Shown piece by piece: positions 18,423-27,096 of a stretch of DNA of 64,000 bases. Position 1 is the stretch's first letter. Each line of letters begins with the position of its first letter. Origin of the DNA: Bacillota bacterium (lineage in GTDB: Bacteria; Bacillota_I; Bacilli_A; RF39; UBA660); NCBI GenBank assembly GCA_021771185.1, contig JAETPN010000001.1:4366-68365 (forward strand), given 5' to 3'. The translations under genes and the position numbers were made by a program. A model generated the notes under the pieces. The model searched no databases, was not told the DNA's origin, and was given only the letters and a program-made list of their open reading frames with translations.

Positions 18423-19481
18423 CTACAGTATTACCCATTCTCCATTTCTTTTTCCATTCTTTCTATCAATTAAATCTTTTTCTTGCATTTCAATCATTCT
18501 TGTTTTTACAGTTCGTACAGATTTACCAATAGATTTAGCTATTTCATCTTGTGTCATTCTTGGATTTTCTCTAATTACATTTAAGATTGCTTGTTCTTCT
18601 AAAGTGCAATTTTTGCACTTTGAGTCTCCCTCTTTTGCACTTTGGGAATAATCAATATGGGTATATCTATTTTTTAATTCATAATTGGAATTTGATAAAA
18701 GATTATAAAAGAATTTTTCTAAATAAGAAATATCCTCAAATATGTTGTTTTTAAAATTTTTGTAATTTGCTCTAACTAATGAATTTCTAAAATACCAGGA
18801 ATTTTCTGCAAAAACTTCATCATTAATATTAAAACCAAAAGTTCTTAAATATTTTATCATAAATACAGCAGTTGTTCTTGTATTGCCTTCACAGAACGGA
18901 TGAACTTGCCAAATATTTGAGGTAAAACGACATAAATGTTTGATAGATTCCTCTAGTGAAAGATTCTTATATGAGAATTTTTTTTCTTGTTCGAAGTCAT
19001 ACTCTAAAGCAGGCATTATCGTTTCAAATGAAGCATATGTAACTGTATCCCCATTTAAAATCCACTCATCTTTTGTAAAATTATAATCTCTAATAATCCC
19101 CGCATATTTATAAACACCTGTAAACAATTTTTTATGAATACTTATTAATTCCGTTGGATTAAAATTAAATGATTTATCACTTAATATTTCAGTAATTTTC
19201 ACGGACACTTTATCAGCCTCTTCACTATCTTCTTCTTCCACATTTTTTCTTCGATCAGATGCCTTATAATATTCATTAATCCTAACTTTGACTTGTTCCA
19301 AGTCAATTTTTCCCTCAATATGTTCTTTGGCAGTTTCTACTAAATAATTTGAAGGCTTTAAACCGTCAACATCTTGAAGTCCTATCGCAGTTTCCCATAC
19401 TTTTGTCTTTTCAACTTGACTAGGTTCACCCTGTTTTATATATTCTGATAATTCTAAATTCCATTTTTCTTTTTTCTCCAT
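18423..19481 (-). CDS. Fic/Doc-family (Fido) protein with a degenerate Doc-like active-site motif (HPFCEGNTRTT) and a C-terminal winged-helix DNA-binding domain
   Basis: The Fido core motif is HPFCEGNTRTTAVF. The second Gly and the distal Arg of the canonical HPFx[DE]GNGRxxR are absent. No [ST]xxxE[GN] inhibitory motif was found. The C-terminal about 60 aa (EEQAILNVIRENPRMTQDEIAKSIGKSVRTVKTRM) form a wHTH. The RBS is TAGGAGGA. The promoter has an extended -10. Confidence 0.75.
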   Translation of the reverse strand: MEKKEKWNLELSEYIKQGEPSQVEKTKVWETAIGLQDVDGLKPSNYLVETAKEHIEGKIDLEQVKVRINEYYKASDRRKNVEEEDSEEADKVSVKITEILSDKSFNFNPTELISIHKKLFTGVYKYAGIIRDYNFTKDEWILNGDTVTYASFETIMPALEYDFEQEKKFSYKNLSLEESIKHLCRFTSNIWQVHPFCEGNTRTTAVFMIKYLRTFGFNINDEVFAENSWYFRNSLVRANYKNFKNNIFEDISYLEKFFYNLLSNSNYELKNRYTHIDYSQSAKEGDSKCKNCTLEEQAILNVIRENPRMTQDEIAKSIGKSVRTVKTRMIEMQEKDLIDRKNGKRNGEWVIL

Positions 19482-19506
19482 ATTAATAATCCTCCTAGAT
19501 ATTAAT

Positions 19507-19592
19507 ATTATACCACTTTTTCCCTATTTTATCAATTTCAAAGTGCAATTTTTGCACTTTGAAATTGATACATTTGCACTTTGAAATTGATT
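19507..19592 (-). promoter_or_regulatory. promoter (TTGATA-17-TGgTATAAT) of the Fic/Doc-like gene with an adjacent operator array
   Basis: The -10 lies at 19507-19515 and the -35 at 19530-19535, both as minus-strand sequence. Directly abutting the -35 is a 21-bp perfect palindrome, AAAGTGCAAtttTTGCACTTT, at 19541-19561. This is followed by two 19-bp direct repeats, TTTGCACTTTGAAATTGAT, with a 22-bp period at 19552-19592. Confidence 0.6.
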
Positions 19593-19914
19593 TCTAACAC
19601 CCTCCAAGAATTATAAATTATCTACTTTTACCAACTACATTTGAATCTTCCAACGCCATATCTGGTAAATCAAATAAGTCATATGATTGCACAACAGACT
19701 CTAAAATTAGATTTTGTTGTTCCATTGTGGGTAGTTGAATTGTTTGTTCAGCTGATCGCAATATTGAACTAAATAAGCAACAGCTTCTACTGTTGGTACA
19801 ATATTAGAATAATCATATTCATTATTTATTACTGCTTGTGATGTAAAATTATCATTCATACGAAGTTTGGAAATTCAATATTTTTCAATGATTAAAAAAA
19901 CATAAATAAAGAAA

Positions 19915-19938
19915 TCCAACAAAAAATTTTGTTGGATC
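19915..19938 (-). terminator. rho-independent terminator downstream of the HTH-Fic gene
   Basis: ATCCAACAAAAaaTTTTGTTGGAT perfect hairpin, followed on the minus strand by a T-rich tract. Confidence 0.65.
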
Positions 19939-19951
19939 TCATTCATCTATG

Positions 19952-20869
19952 TTATTCCCCTATCACTTCTAAATACTCATCTAACAATTTGTTTTCTTCT
20001 TTTACTATTAAGTTAATAAAATCTGTATAATCATGGTTTACCATTGCTTTATCTAAAGCATCATAATATTTTAATCTTATATCTGCTTTAAGGATGATTG
20101 GCAAGTATCCATTTTTCATAGCTTCAAAATTCATTAATAATCTTGCTGTTCTTCCATTTCCATCGACAAATGGATGAATAAATACAAATTCACCATGCAA
20201 TAAAGCAGACCTTATTAATGGATGATAATGATTCCATGCTTCATATCTATGCATTAATTTTTCCATTTCATCTGGTACTTTTATGTAATCTACAGGTATT
20301 TGTGATGCACCTGAAATCTTAACATTTTCTAATCTATATTTTCCGGCATTTTCATTGTCTATTTCTTTTAAAATTAAACTATGAATATTTTTAATATTCC
20401 ATTCTGTTAGATCAGCAGAATTTTTAACAAGATCTTCTAAAAATAATATTGCATCCCTATGATTAATTACTTCCAAATGCTCTTTCACTGATTTTCCACC
20501 GATGGTAATACCCTCTAAAACAACTTTTGTTTCTCGCAATGTTAATGTATTTCCTTCAATCGCATTACTGTGATATGTCCAATCTAAAATATTATTTTCT
20601 TCTAACGATTTAAGTGTTGAAGCTGGTAATGGTCTTTTACTATTTAATTTGGCTAGTTTTTCATCTACTTCTTTAAAATAATCTTCTGGTAAGTTGATTT
20701 TAAATTCTATCTCATCTTTAAATCTTTTATCGACTGGTTTATTAGTATCATCCGGGATATTCCATGTTGTTCCAATCTTTGTTGCACCTTCAATTCTACC
20801 ATCTTGAATTAATTGTCTAATCCTTCTTTCACTAATATTCCATTTTTCACTGGCTTCTCTTATTTGCAT
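19952..20869 (-). CDS. Fic-family protein with an N-terminal excisionase/MerR-like HTH and an intramolecular inhibitory motif
   Basis: It has the canonical Fic motif HPFVDGNGRTARLL and the inhibitory helix motif SNAIEGN ([ST]xxxE[GN]) N-terminal to it. The N-terminal about 45 aa (MQIREASEKWNISERRIRQLIQDGRIEG) form a HTH. The start is reassigned to the ATG at 20869, preceded by AAGAGGTG. The track start at 20890 is a TTG inside the -10. A consensus TTGACA-17-TATTAT promoter lies at 20890-20918. Confidence 0.8.
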   Translation of the reverse strand: MQIREASEKWNISERRIRQLIQDGRIEGATKIGTTWNIPDDTNKPVDKRFKDEIEFKINLPEDYFKEVDEKLAKLNSKRPLPASTLKSLEENNILDWTYHSNAIEGNTLTLRETKVVLEGITIGGKSVKEHLEVINHRDAILFLEDLVKNSADLTEWNIKNIHSLILKEIDNENAGKYRLENVKISGASQIPVDYIKVPDEMEKLMHRYEAWNHYHPLIRSALLHGEFVFIHPFVDGNGRTARLLMNFEAMKNGYLPIILKADIRLKYYDALDKAMVNHDYTDFINLIVKEENKLLDEYLEVIGE

Positions 20870-21023
20870 GATAGTCACCTCTTTATACAATAATACCGTT
20901 TTCGGAACAATATGTCAATATATTTTATTCCGTCATTGGAATATTGTACACAGTATTAAAGTTTTTAGTCATCTATCTGTTAAATATTTTTATTTATAGC
21001 GTTGTAGTACTTTAATTTAAAGC

Positions 21024-21048
21024 AACAAAAATGAGAGCTTTCGCTCTC
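21024..21048 (-). terminator. rho-independent terminator of recG
   Basis: On the minus strand: GAGAGCgaaaGCTCTC followed by ATTTTTGTTG. Confidence 0.55.
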
Positions 21049-21180
21049 TTCAGGGGGTTATAATATTCTCACCTTACATCGTAAGAATATACTGCGTGAT
21101 ATCTTCACGCTATAGTAAATATAACAAGTTTTATTTAGAAAGTCAATGTGTAAATTCAGGTGTTTACATCCGTTTTACAA

Positions 21181-23169
21181 TTAATCCAATTGACTTAATG
21201 TTTGTAAAAAAGGATAAGCTCCAGAGTCCATGTTATGTTTAAACTCTTCGGTATGTAAATAAGCTTCGCTATCTTCTTTGGCTTTTAATAGAATATTAAA
21301 ATCTTGTTTAATATTCGCTACTTTAAAACTTAAATCTCCACTTTGTCTTACCCCAAAAAGATCCCCACTTCCACGAAGTCTAAAATCTTCTTCACTAATT
21401 TTAAATCCATCCGTAGTTTTGGTAAGAATATCTAAACGTTCTTTTTCTAAATCACTCATTAAAATACAAGTGGAAGGTAAATCGTTTCTTCCTACACGTC
21501 CGCGTAATTGATGAAGTTGTGATAATCCAAAACGATATGCATCAAAAATAACCATGACCGTCGCATTTTTTACATCAACACCTACTTCAATGACCGTAGT
21601 ACTAATTAAGACTTGAATTTTGTTTTCTTTAAAGTCTTCCATAATTTGTTTTTTTTCTTCCTCTTTCATTTTTCCATGAAGTGAAGCAACTTGAAAATGT
21701 GCACCAAAAGCTCGTTTAAATTTTTTCTCTAGGACTTCTACATTTTCCATTTGATTTTCTTCGTTATCTTCAATTAAAGGAGCAACCACATAAGCTTGTC
21801 TTCCCTCTTTTAATTCTTTAAACATAAAGGATAAAACTTCTTTCATTTCCTGATTCTTTTTTAATACTGTTTTCACAGGTTTTCTTCCAGATGGCATCGT
21901 ATGAATACTACTTACATCCATATCCCCATAAAGTGTTAGTGCATAGGTTCTAGGAATTGGTGTCGCACTCATATATAAAATGTCAGGAGCTACCCCTTTT
22001 TCTTTTAAACGACTTCGTTGATTTACACCAAAACGATGTTGTTCATCCGTAATCACAAGTCCTAAATTATGATAGGTTACTTCTTCACTAATTAATGCAT
22101 GAGTTCCGATTAATACATCAATTTTTCCTGTTTCTAATTTTTGATAAATCTCTTTTTTTTCTTTTTTGGTTAAACTTCCCGTTAAAAGAGCTACCTCAAA
22201 TTGATCCTTAAACAGCTTTTTGATATTTTGATAATGTTGATGAGCAAGAATTTCCGTAGGCGCCATTAAGGCACTTTGATAACCACTAAGCGCATTCATA
22301 TACATGGCGATAATTGCGACAATGGTTTTTCCACTACCTACATCTCCTTGAAGGAGACGATTCATTTGATATGGACTTGTTAAATCATTATAAATACTTG
22401 TTACGGCTTTTTCTTGATCAGAGGTTAAGGAAAACGGTAAAGCATGAATAAAGTCTGAAACATCTTCAAAAGAACAAGTTCTTGAAAGACCTTTTTGATG
22501 ATGTTTTTGACGTTTTAAAAGATTCATCTTTAACATATAAACAAATAACTCTTCATATTTCGTACGTAACAAGGCTTTTTTTAAACTTGTTTTTTCTTCT
22601 GGATGATGTAGAACTTCGATGCTTTGTCTTTTAGAAAGAAAATGATATTGTTCGCTAAGCGTTGATGGAATGTAATCTGGAACATCTTTTATTTTGATTA
22701 AAGCTTGATCAATTAATTTTTGTAATTGTTTTGTCGTTATCCCTTCAACTTTATGATACACACACATCATTTGTTCTTTTTCTAATTTAGATAACCATAA
22801 ATCACTCGCAGTAATGCGGTTGTGTAAAAGATCTATTTTCCCACGAACCGTAACTTCCTTTCCAATCGTTAAATGTCTTTTCATAAAACCACGATTAAAA
22901 ATACTAATTTGAAAGAACCCTGTTCCTGTATTTAATTGAAACGTCATACGATCCATTTTCCCACGAAAACGATAACAGTTTGGTAAGGTTTCAACAATAC
23001 CTGTAAGAGTTACTTTATCCCCATGTTGAACCAATGCCCAATCACTGAGTGCAAGAGTTTCATAACGAAAAGGATAATATTCCACTAAATCTTCTACGGT
23101 ATAAATATGTAATTTATGTAACATTTCTTCCGTCTTAGGTCCAACACCAGATAATTCTTTTAACTCCAT
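21181..23169 (-). CDS. recG: ATP-dependent DNA helicase RecG
   Basis: 662 aa. It has an N-terminal wedge/OB region, Walker A (GDVGSGKT), a DEQH box (DEQHRFG), and helicase C motifs. The RBS is AGAGGAGA. A perfect TTGACT-17-TATAAT promoter lies at 23193-23221 on the minus strand. Confidence 0.9.
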   Translation of the reverse strand: MELKELSGVGPKTEEMLHKLHIYTVEDLVEYYPFRYETLALSDWALVQHGDKVTLTGIVETLPNCYRFRGKMDRMTFQLNTGTGFFQISIFNRGFMKRHLTIGKEVTVRGKIDLLHNRITASDLWLSKLEKEQMMCVYHKVEGITTKQLQKLIDQALIKIKDVPDYIPSTLSEQYHFLSKRQSIEVLHHPEEKTSLKKALLRTKYEELFVYMLKMNLLKRQKHHQKGLSRTCSFEDVSDFIHALPFSLTSDQEKAVTSIYNDLTSPYQMNRLLQGDVGSGKTIVAIIAMYMNALSGYQSALMAPTEILAHQHYQNIKKLFKDQFEVALLTGSLTKKEKKEIYQKLETGKIDVLIGTHALISEEVTYHNLGLVITDEQHRFGVNQRSRLKEKGVAPDILYMSATPIPRTYALTLYGDMDVSSIHTMPSGRKPVKTVLKKNQEMKEVLSFMFKELKEGRQAYVVAPLIEDNEENQMENVEVLEKKFKRAFGAHFQVASLHGKMKEEEKKQIMEDFKENKIQVLISTTVIEVGVDVKNATVMVIFDAYRFGLSQLHQLRGRVGRNDLPSTCILMSDLEKERLDILTKTTDGFKISEEDFRLRGSGDLFGVRQSGDLSFKVANIKQDFNILLKAKEDSEAYLHTEEFKHNMDSGAYPFLQTLSQLD

Positions 23170-23260
23170 GGGATCTCCTCTTTCCTAAATCTATTATAGC
23201 GAACATAAGTTTTGTAGTCAATAAAATTTTCATTTATTTCAAAAATTTTCAGAAAACTGC

Positions 23261-23289
23261 TTGACAAAAAAGTATTTCTGAGTTAGTAT
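23261..23289 (+). promoter_or_regulatory. orphan plus-strand sigmaA-like promoter (TTGACA-17-TAGTAT/TATATAAAT)
   Basis: TTGACA lies at 23261-23266. An AT-rich -10 region lies at 23284-23292. It is divergent from the recG promoter. No plus-strand CDS follows. Confidence 0.4.
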
Positions 23290-23295
23290 ATAAAT

Positions 23296-23390
23296 CGCCA
23301 ATTCGGATTAGGCGAATTGGAGCTAGTATCACACTAGCCAACCCCTTTTTATTCTTTTATTTGGACGACTTCGGTCGTCCTCTTTTTTTT
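23296..23390 (+). ncRNA. candidate small RNA of about 95 nt between recG and dnaE
   Basis: The orphan promoter is followed by two stem-loops, CCAATTCG-gattagg-CGAATTGG and GCTAG-tatcaca-CTAGC. A single-stranded AACCCCUUUUU tract follows. A strand-specific intrinsic terminator, GGACGACttcgGTCGTCC plus U8, lies at 23363-23390. Confidence 0.35.
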
Positions 23391-23391
23391 A

Positions 23392-23412
23392 CAAAAAAAA
23401 GGGATAATCCCT
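23392..23412 (-). terminator. rho-independent terminator of dnaE
   Basis: On the minus strand: AGGGAttaTCCCT followed by T9. Confidence 0.55.
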
Positions 23413-23413
23413 T

Positions 23414-26356
23414 TTAAAAATTCTTTAGAAACTGTAAACTTCGAACAATTACTTGATATTTATCAAATCGTTTTTCTACTTTTCCTACGACGCGAATCAT
23501 ATCCCCTACTTTTAATGTAGAATATTTATTAAACACCATTGGGAAAAGGACGAAATCTAACGTGTGAATTTCATCTGATCCCGTGACAAAACACATTTCA
23601 TCTCCCTTTTTCGTAGAAATTTTCTTTACATGATCTACTAAAACAATGATTTCAATCGTTTTGTCAAAATAAGAAGGGATCTCTTCAATGGAACATTTTA
23701 CGCCAGTTTTATTTCGACTTTCTGTTACTGGATGATTACTAAAGTAAAAACCAAAGACTTGTTTTTCTAACGTCATCAGTTCCATTTTCGTATATTCATC
23801 TACTTCTTTAATCATTGGTTTTTCAACAAATGATTCATCTAATTCACGAATTAGTTCTGCATAACCTAACATTAATTCAAGGTTTTCAACTAGCGTTTTT
23901 TTATTCATTCCAAAAGAATCAAAAACACCTGCATAAATTAAGTTTTGCATTGTTTTCTGATTTAATATTTTACCATAACATCTACGACAAAAATCATAAA
24001 AATCCTTAAATAGGCCCTTTTTTCTTTCTTCAATAATTGTTTCAAGTGTCCTTCCACCAACATTTTTAACAATGGACAGTGGAAATAAAATTTTACCATC
24101 AACAATTTCATATTGACTTGTACTTTGATTGATATCAGGTTTCATAATTTCGATATGATTTAATCGACATTCATAGATATATTCCCTTGTTTTCGTTTCA
24201 CTTCCCAGTACACTAGAAAGTAGACTAGTCATAAAATAATTTTTGTAATGAGCTTTTAAATAGGCCATGCGATAAGCAACAACAGCATACCCAATAGAGT
24301 GAGATTTATTAAAACCATACGAAGCAAATTTATCGATGAGTGCGAAAATTTCTTCGCTTAATTCTTTGGTATATCCTCGCTTCATACTTCCCTCAATAAA
24401 ACGAGATTTTTCTTTTTCCATAACTTCATGTTCTTTTTTACTCATAGCTCTTCTTAACACATCTGCCTCAGCATAACTAAAGCCTGCCATGACTCTAGCC
24501 ACTTGCATAACTTGTTCTTGGTAAATCATAATACCATAGGTAGATTTTAAAATAGGTTCTAAAGAAGGATCAGGGTATGTTACTATTTCTTTTCCGTGCT
24601 TACGACCAATATAAGTATCAATACTTCCCATACTAGCTGGACGAAAGAGCGCAAGGGCTGCGCTTACATCTTCAAACGAACTAATTTTTAATTTTCTTAA
24701 AAAATTCATCATTCCTGCGGATTCAAATTGAAAAATACCTACAGTGTTTACCTTTGTAAAAATACGTGTAGCTTCTCTATCTTCTAATGGAATTTCATCA
24801 AAATTGATGCTTATCCCTTCATATTTCAAAATTAAATCTAAAATACGATGAATAAGCGTTAAATTTTTCAGTGCTAAAAAGTCCATTTTTAAAAGTCCTA
24901 GGGACTCTAAATATTTCATAGAGTATCCCGTTAAATAAAAATCATCTCTAGATTGATATAAAGGAATCACCTGATCTAATGGATACTTACACATAACAAT
25001 ACCTGCAGCATGAATCGTTGTATGACGTTTTAATCCTTCTAAGCGTAGTGCGACTTGATATAGCTTTTGATACTTAACATCGATCGCTAGATGTTCCTTT
25101 AATGCTTTATTTTTGTCAACATTTTCTTTTAATGTCAAACGATTATCAATCATCTTACAAATAATATCAATTTCTTTTAAAGAAAGATCCATTACTCTTC
25201 CCACATCACGGATTGCTTGTCTTGCCGCAAGAGTTCCAAAGGCGATAATTCCAGCAACATTTTTAAGTCCATATTTTTCTACACAATAAGAGATGACTTC
25301 TTCCCTACGTTCATCTTCAAAATCAATATCAATATCCGGCATTGTAACACGTTCTGGATTTAAGAAACGTTCAAATAATAAATCATATTTAATTGGATCA
25401 ATGGTTGTAATATTTAGGCAATAAGAAACTAAGGAACCACCCGCACTACCACGACCTGGACCTACTAAGATACCATGATCTTTCGCATATTTTACATAAT
25501 CCCATACGACTAAAAAGTAGTTACAAAATCCCATCTTTTTAATAATATCTAACTCATATTTTAAACGTTCCTGGTATACTTTACTAACAGTATTTCCAAA
25601 GATACGACGAAGTCCTACCACACATAATTTTTTTAAATAAGTATAACTATCCATATTCTCTGGGCATTCATAAATAGGAAGAAGATCTCTTCCCATAGGA
25701 ATTTCTACATGACAACGATCTAAAATTTCCTGCATATTCCTTTGATCTTCGATAGGAATATTTTTCATTTCTTTCATCGTTATATAATGAATTGGAATGG
25801 ATGACTCTGGTACTTCATCTAAGGTTTTTCCCATACGAATCCCATGAAGATAATGTACATAGGGAGTATCTTCTTTTTTTAAGCAAAGGGTCTCTCTAAA
25901 AAATACTTTAGGTAAAGGACTAGATACTTTTCGCTCTTCTAACGTTCTATATCCAACATAAAGATCGGGATAAATTTTTTGAATGATATCAATGATATCA
26001 AAAGAAGAAACTGGTAAGACACATAGTAAATGTTCATGGTATTGATCTAAAAGATCTGGCGTAAGTTCCCCTTCACTACTATGGGTCGCTAATTTTAATA
26101 AATTTTCATAACCCAAAGAGTTTGTAGCATACAACACCAATGGTTGTTTTAAAAGGGATACCGTAAGACCAATGACTGGTTTGATATTATTTTTTACACA
26201 TAAATTATAAAACTTCATCACACCAAAGAGGGATTCATCTGTAATCGTTAAACAAGAGATTCCTTGTTCTTTGGCCATCGTTACATAATCCTCGATACGA
26301 ATTAAGCTTGTTAATAAAGAATACTCTGTTTTTACATATAAAGCCGGTTGCATCAT
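23414..26356 (-). CDS. dnaE: DNA polymerase III alpha subunit (DnaE-type)
   Basis: 980 aa. It has an N-terminal PHP domain, the polymerase core (GPGRGSAGGSLVSY, FERFLNPER, PDIDIDF), and a C-terminal OB domain. The RBS is GGTGGTGAG. Confidence 0.9.
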   Translation of the reverse strand: MMQPALYVKTEYSLLTSLIRIEDYVTMAKEQGISCLTITDESLFGVMKFYNLCVKNNIKPVIGLTVSLLKQPLVLYATNSLGYENLLKLATHSSEGELTPDLLDQYHEHLLCVLPVSSFDIIDIIQKIYPDLYVGYRTLEERKVSSPLPKVFFRETLCLKKEDTPYVHYLHGIRMGKTLDEVPESSIPIHYITMKEMKNIPIEDQRNMQEILDRCHVEIPMGRDLLPIYECPENMDSYTYLKKLCVVGLRRIFGNTVSKVYQERLKYELDIIKKMGFCNYFLVVWDYVKYAKDHGILVGPGRGSAGGSLVSYCLNITTIDPIKYDLLFERFLNPERVTMPDIDIDFEDERREEVISYCVEKYGLKNVAGIIAFGTLAARQAIRDVGRVMDLSLKEIDIICKMIDNRLTLKENVDKNKALKEHLAIDVKYQKLYQVALRLEGLKRHTTIHAAGIVMCKYPLDQVIPLYQSRDDFYLTGYSMKYLESLGLLKMDFLALKNLTLIHRILDLILKYEGISINFDEIPLEDREATRIFTKVNTVGIFQFESAGMMNFLRKLKISSFEDVSAALALFRPASMGSIDTYIGRKHGKEIVTYPDPSLEPILKSTYGIMIYQEQVMQVARVMAGFSYAEADVLRRAMSKKEHEVMEKEKSRFIEGSMKRGYTKELSEEIFALIDKFASYGFNKSHSIGYAVVAYRMAYLKAHYKNYFMTSLLSSVLGSETKTREYIYECRLNHIEIMKPDINQSTSQYEIVDGKILFPLSIVKNVGGRTLETIIEERKKGLFKDFYDFCRRCYGKILNQKTMQNLIYAGVFDSFGMNKKTLVENLELMLGYAELIRELDESFVEKPMIKEVDEYTKMELMTLEKQVFGFYFSNHPVTESRNKTGVKCSIEEIPSYFDKTIEIIVLVDHVKKISTKKGDEMCFVTGSDEIHTLDFVLFPMVFNKYSTLKVGDMIRVVGKVEKRFDKYQVIVRSLQFLKNF

Positions 26357-26438
26357 TGTCTCACCACCTATTACTAGTATACCATGATAATGTCCTTTAG
26401 TTTTATAAAATCTTTCTAAAAAAACAAACGATCTTTAT

Positions 26439-26951
26439 TTAAATCGCTTGTTTCATAAAATATTTACAAATTTTTCGGTTTCCTACCGTACTTTCTATTG
26501 GTTCATCGTAAAAATCACTTAAATCAAAAACTTTACTTAAGGTATCCTCATCACTGCTGGTTGTATATAAACTTACCATATTCATCACAAGGTAAAATTC
26601 CACTTCTTCACAAGCGAATGTAACAGGAATTTTATTTTTATCAATACGTCCGAATGAAACCTTAAAATTTTCAACATTTAAATACTCATAAGTCCCATGA
26701 TTATTAATAGTTACCGTCACATATCCTACTTTTCCCTCATATGTTTGATTCTCTAAAGCATGAATACTAGAAAGACCTAGGATATCTAATTTAACATCTA
26801 TTCCTCCACTAATAATAGATTGGTCAATCATGGTAGGATAAAAATCCACTTTCATTTGGACTGTAACAATACTATCATCTTTATACATACGTTGTTTAAA
26901 ATTCAACTCTTGCATTTTAAGTTCTACTTCGTGTTGTTTTAATTTAATCAT
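26439..26951 (-). CDS. hypothetical protein (170 aa)
   Basis: The start is reassigned to the ATG at 26951 (MIKLKQ), preceded by an AAGGTGA RBS. No recognisable domain. It is the last gene of a three-gene minus-strand cluster. Confidence 0.4.
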   Translation of the reverse strand: MIKLKQHEVELKMQELNFKQRMYKDDSIVTVQMKVDFYPTMIDQSIISGGIDVKLDILGLSSIHALENQTYEGKVGYVTVTINNHGTYEYLNVENFKVSFGRIDKNKIPVTFACEEVEFYLVMNMVSLYTTSSDEDTLSKVFDLSDFYDEPIESTVGNRKICKYFMKQAI

Positions 26952-27096
26952 TTTAATCACCTTACTATCTGGAGAATAAAAACATCTGAACAAACTCAGA
27001 TGATTCATCTATATATAGATTACCATAAAAGTAAGGCCGAAGCAAGGGATTAATGTTCTAATTTCTTTTCAACCTTCTTTACCAACATTCTTTAAT

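Noticed and set aside
18601-19563. Interpretation of the two identical palindromes as boundaries of a recombinase-driven invertible element
   Set aside because: It is retained only as an alternative inside a finding. No recombinase or invertase gene is nearby. The promoter-abutting position and the phased TTTGCACTTTG direct repeats fit a transcription-factor operator better.
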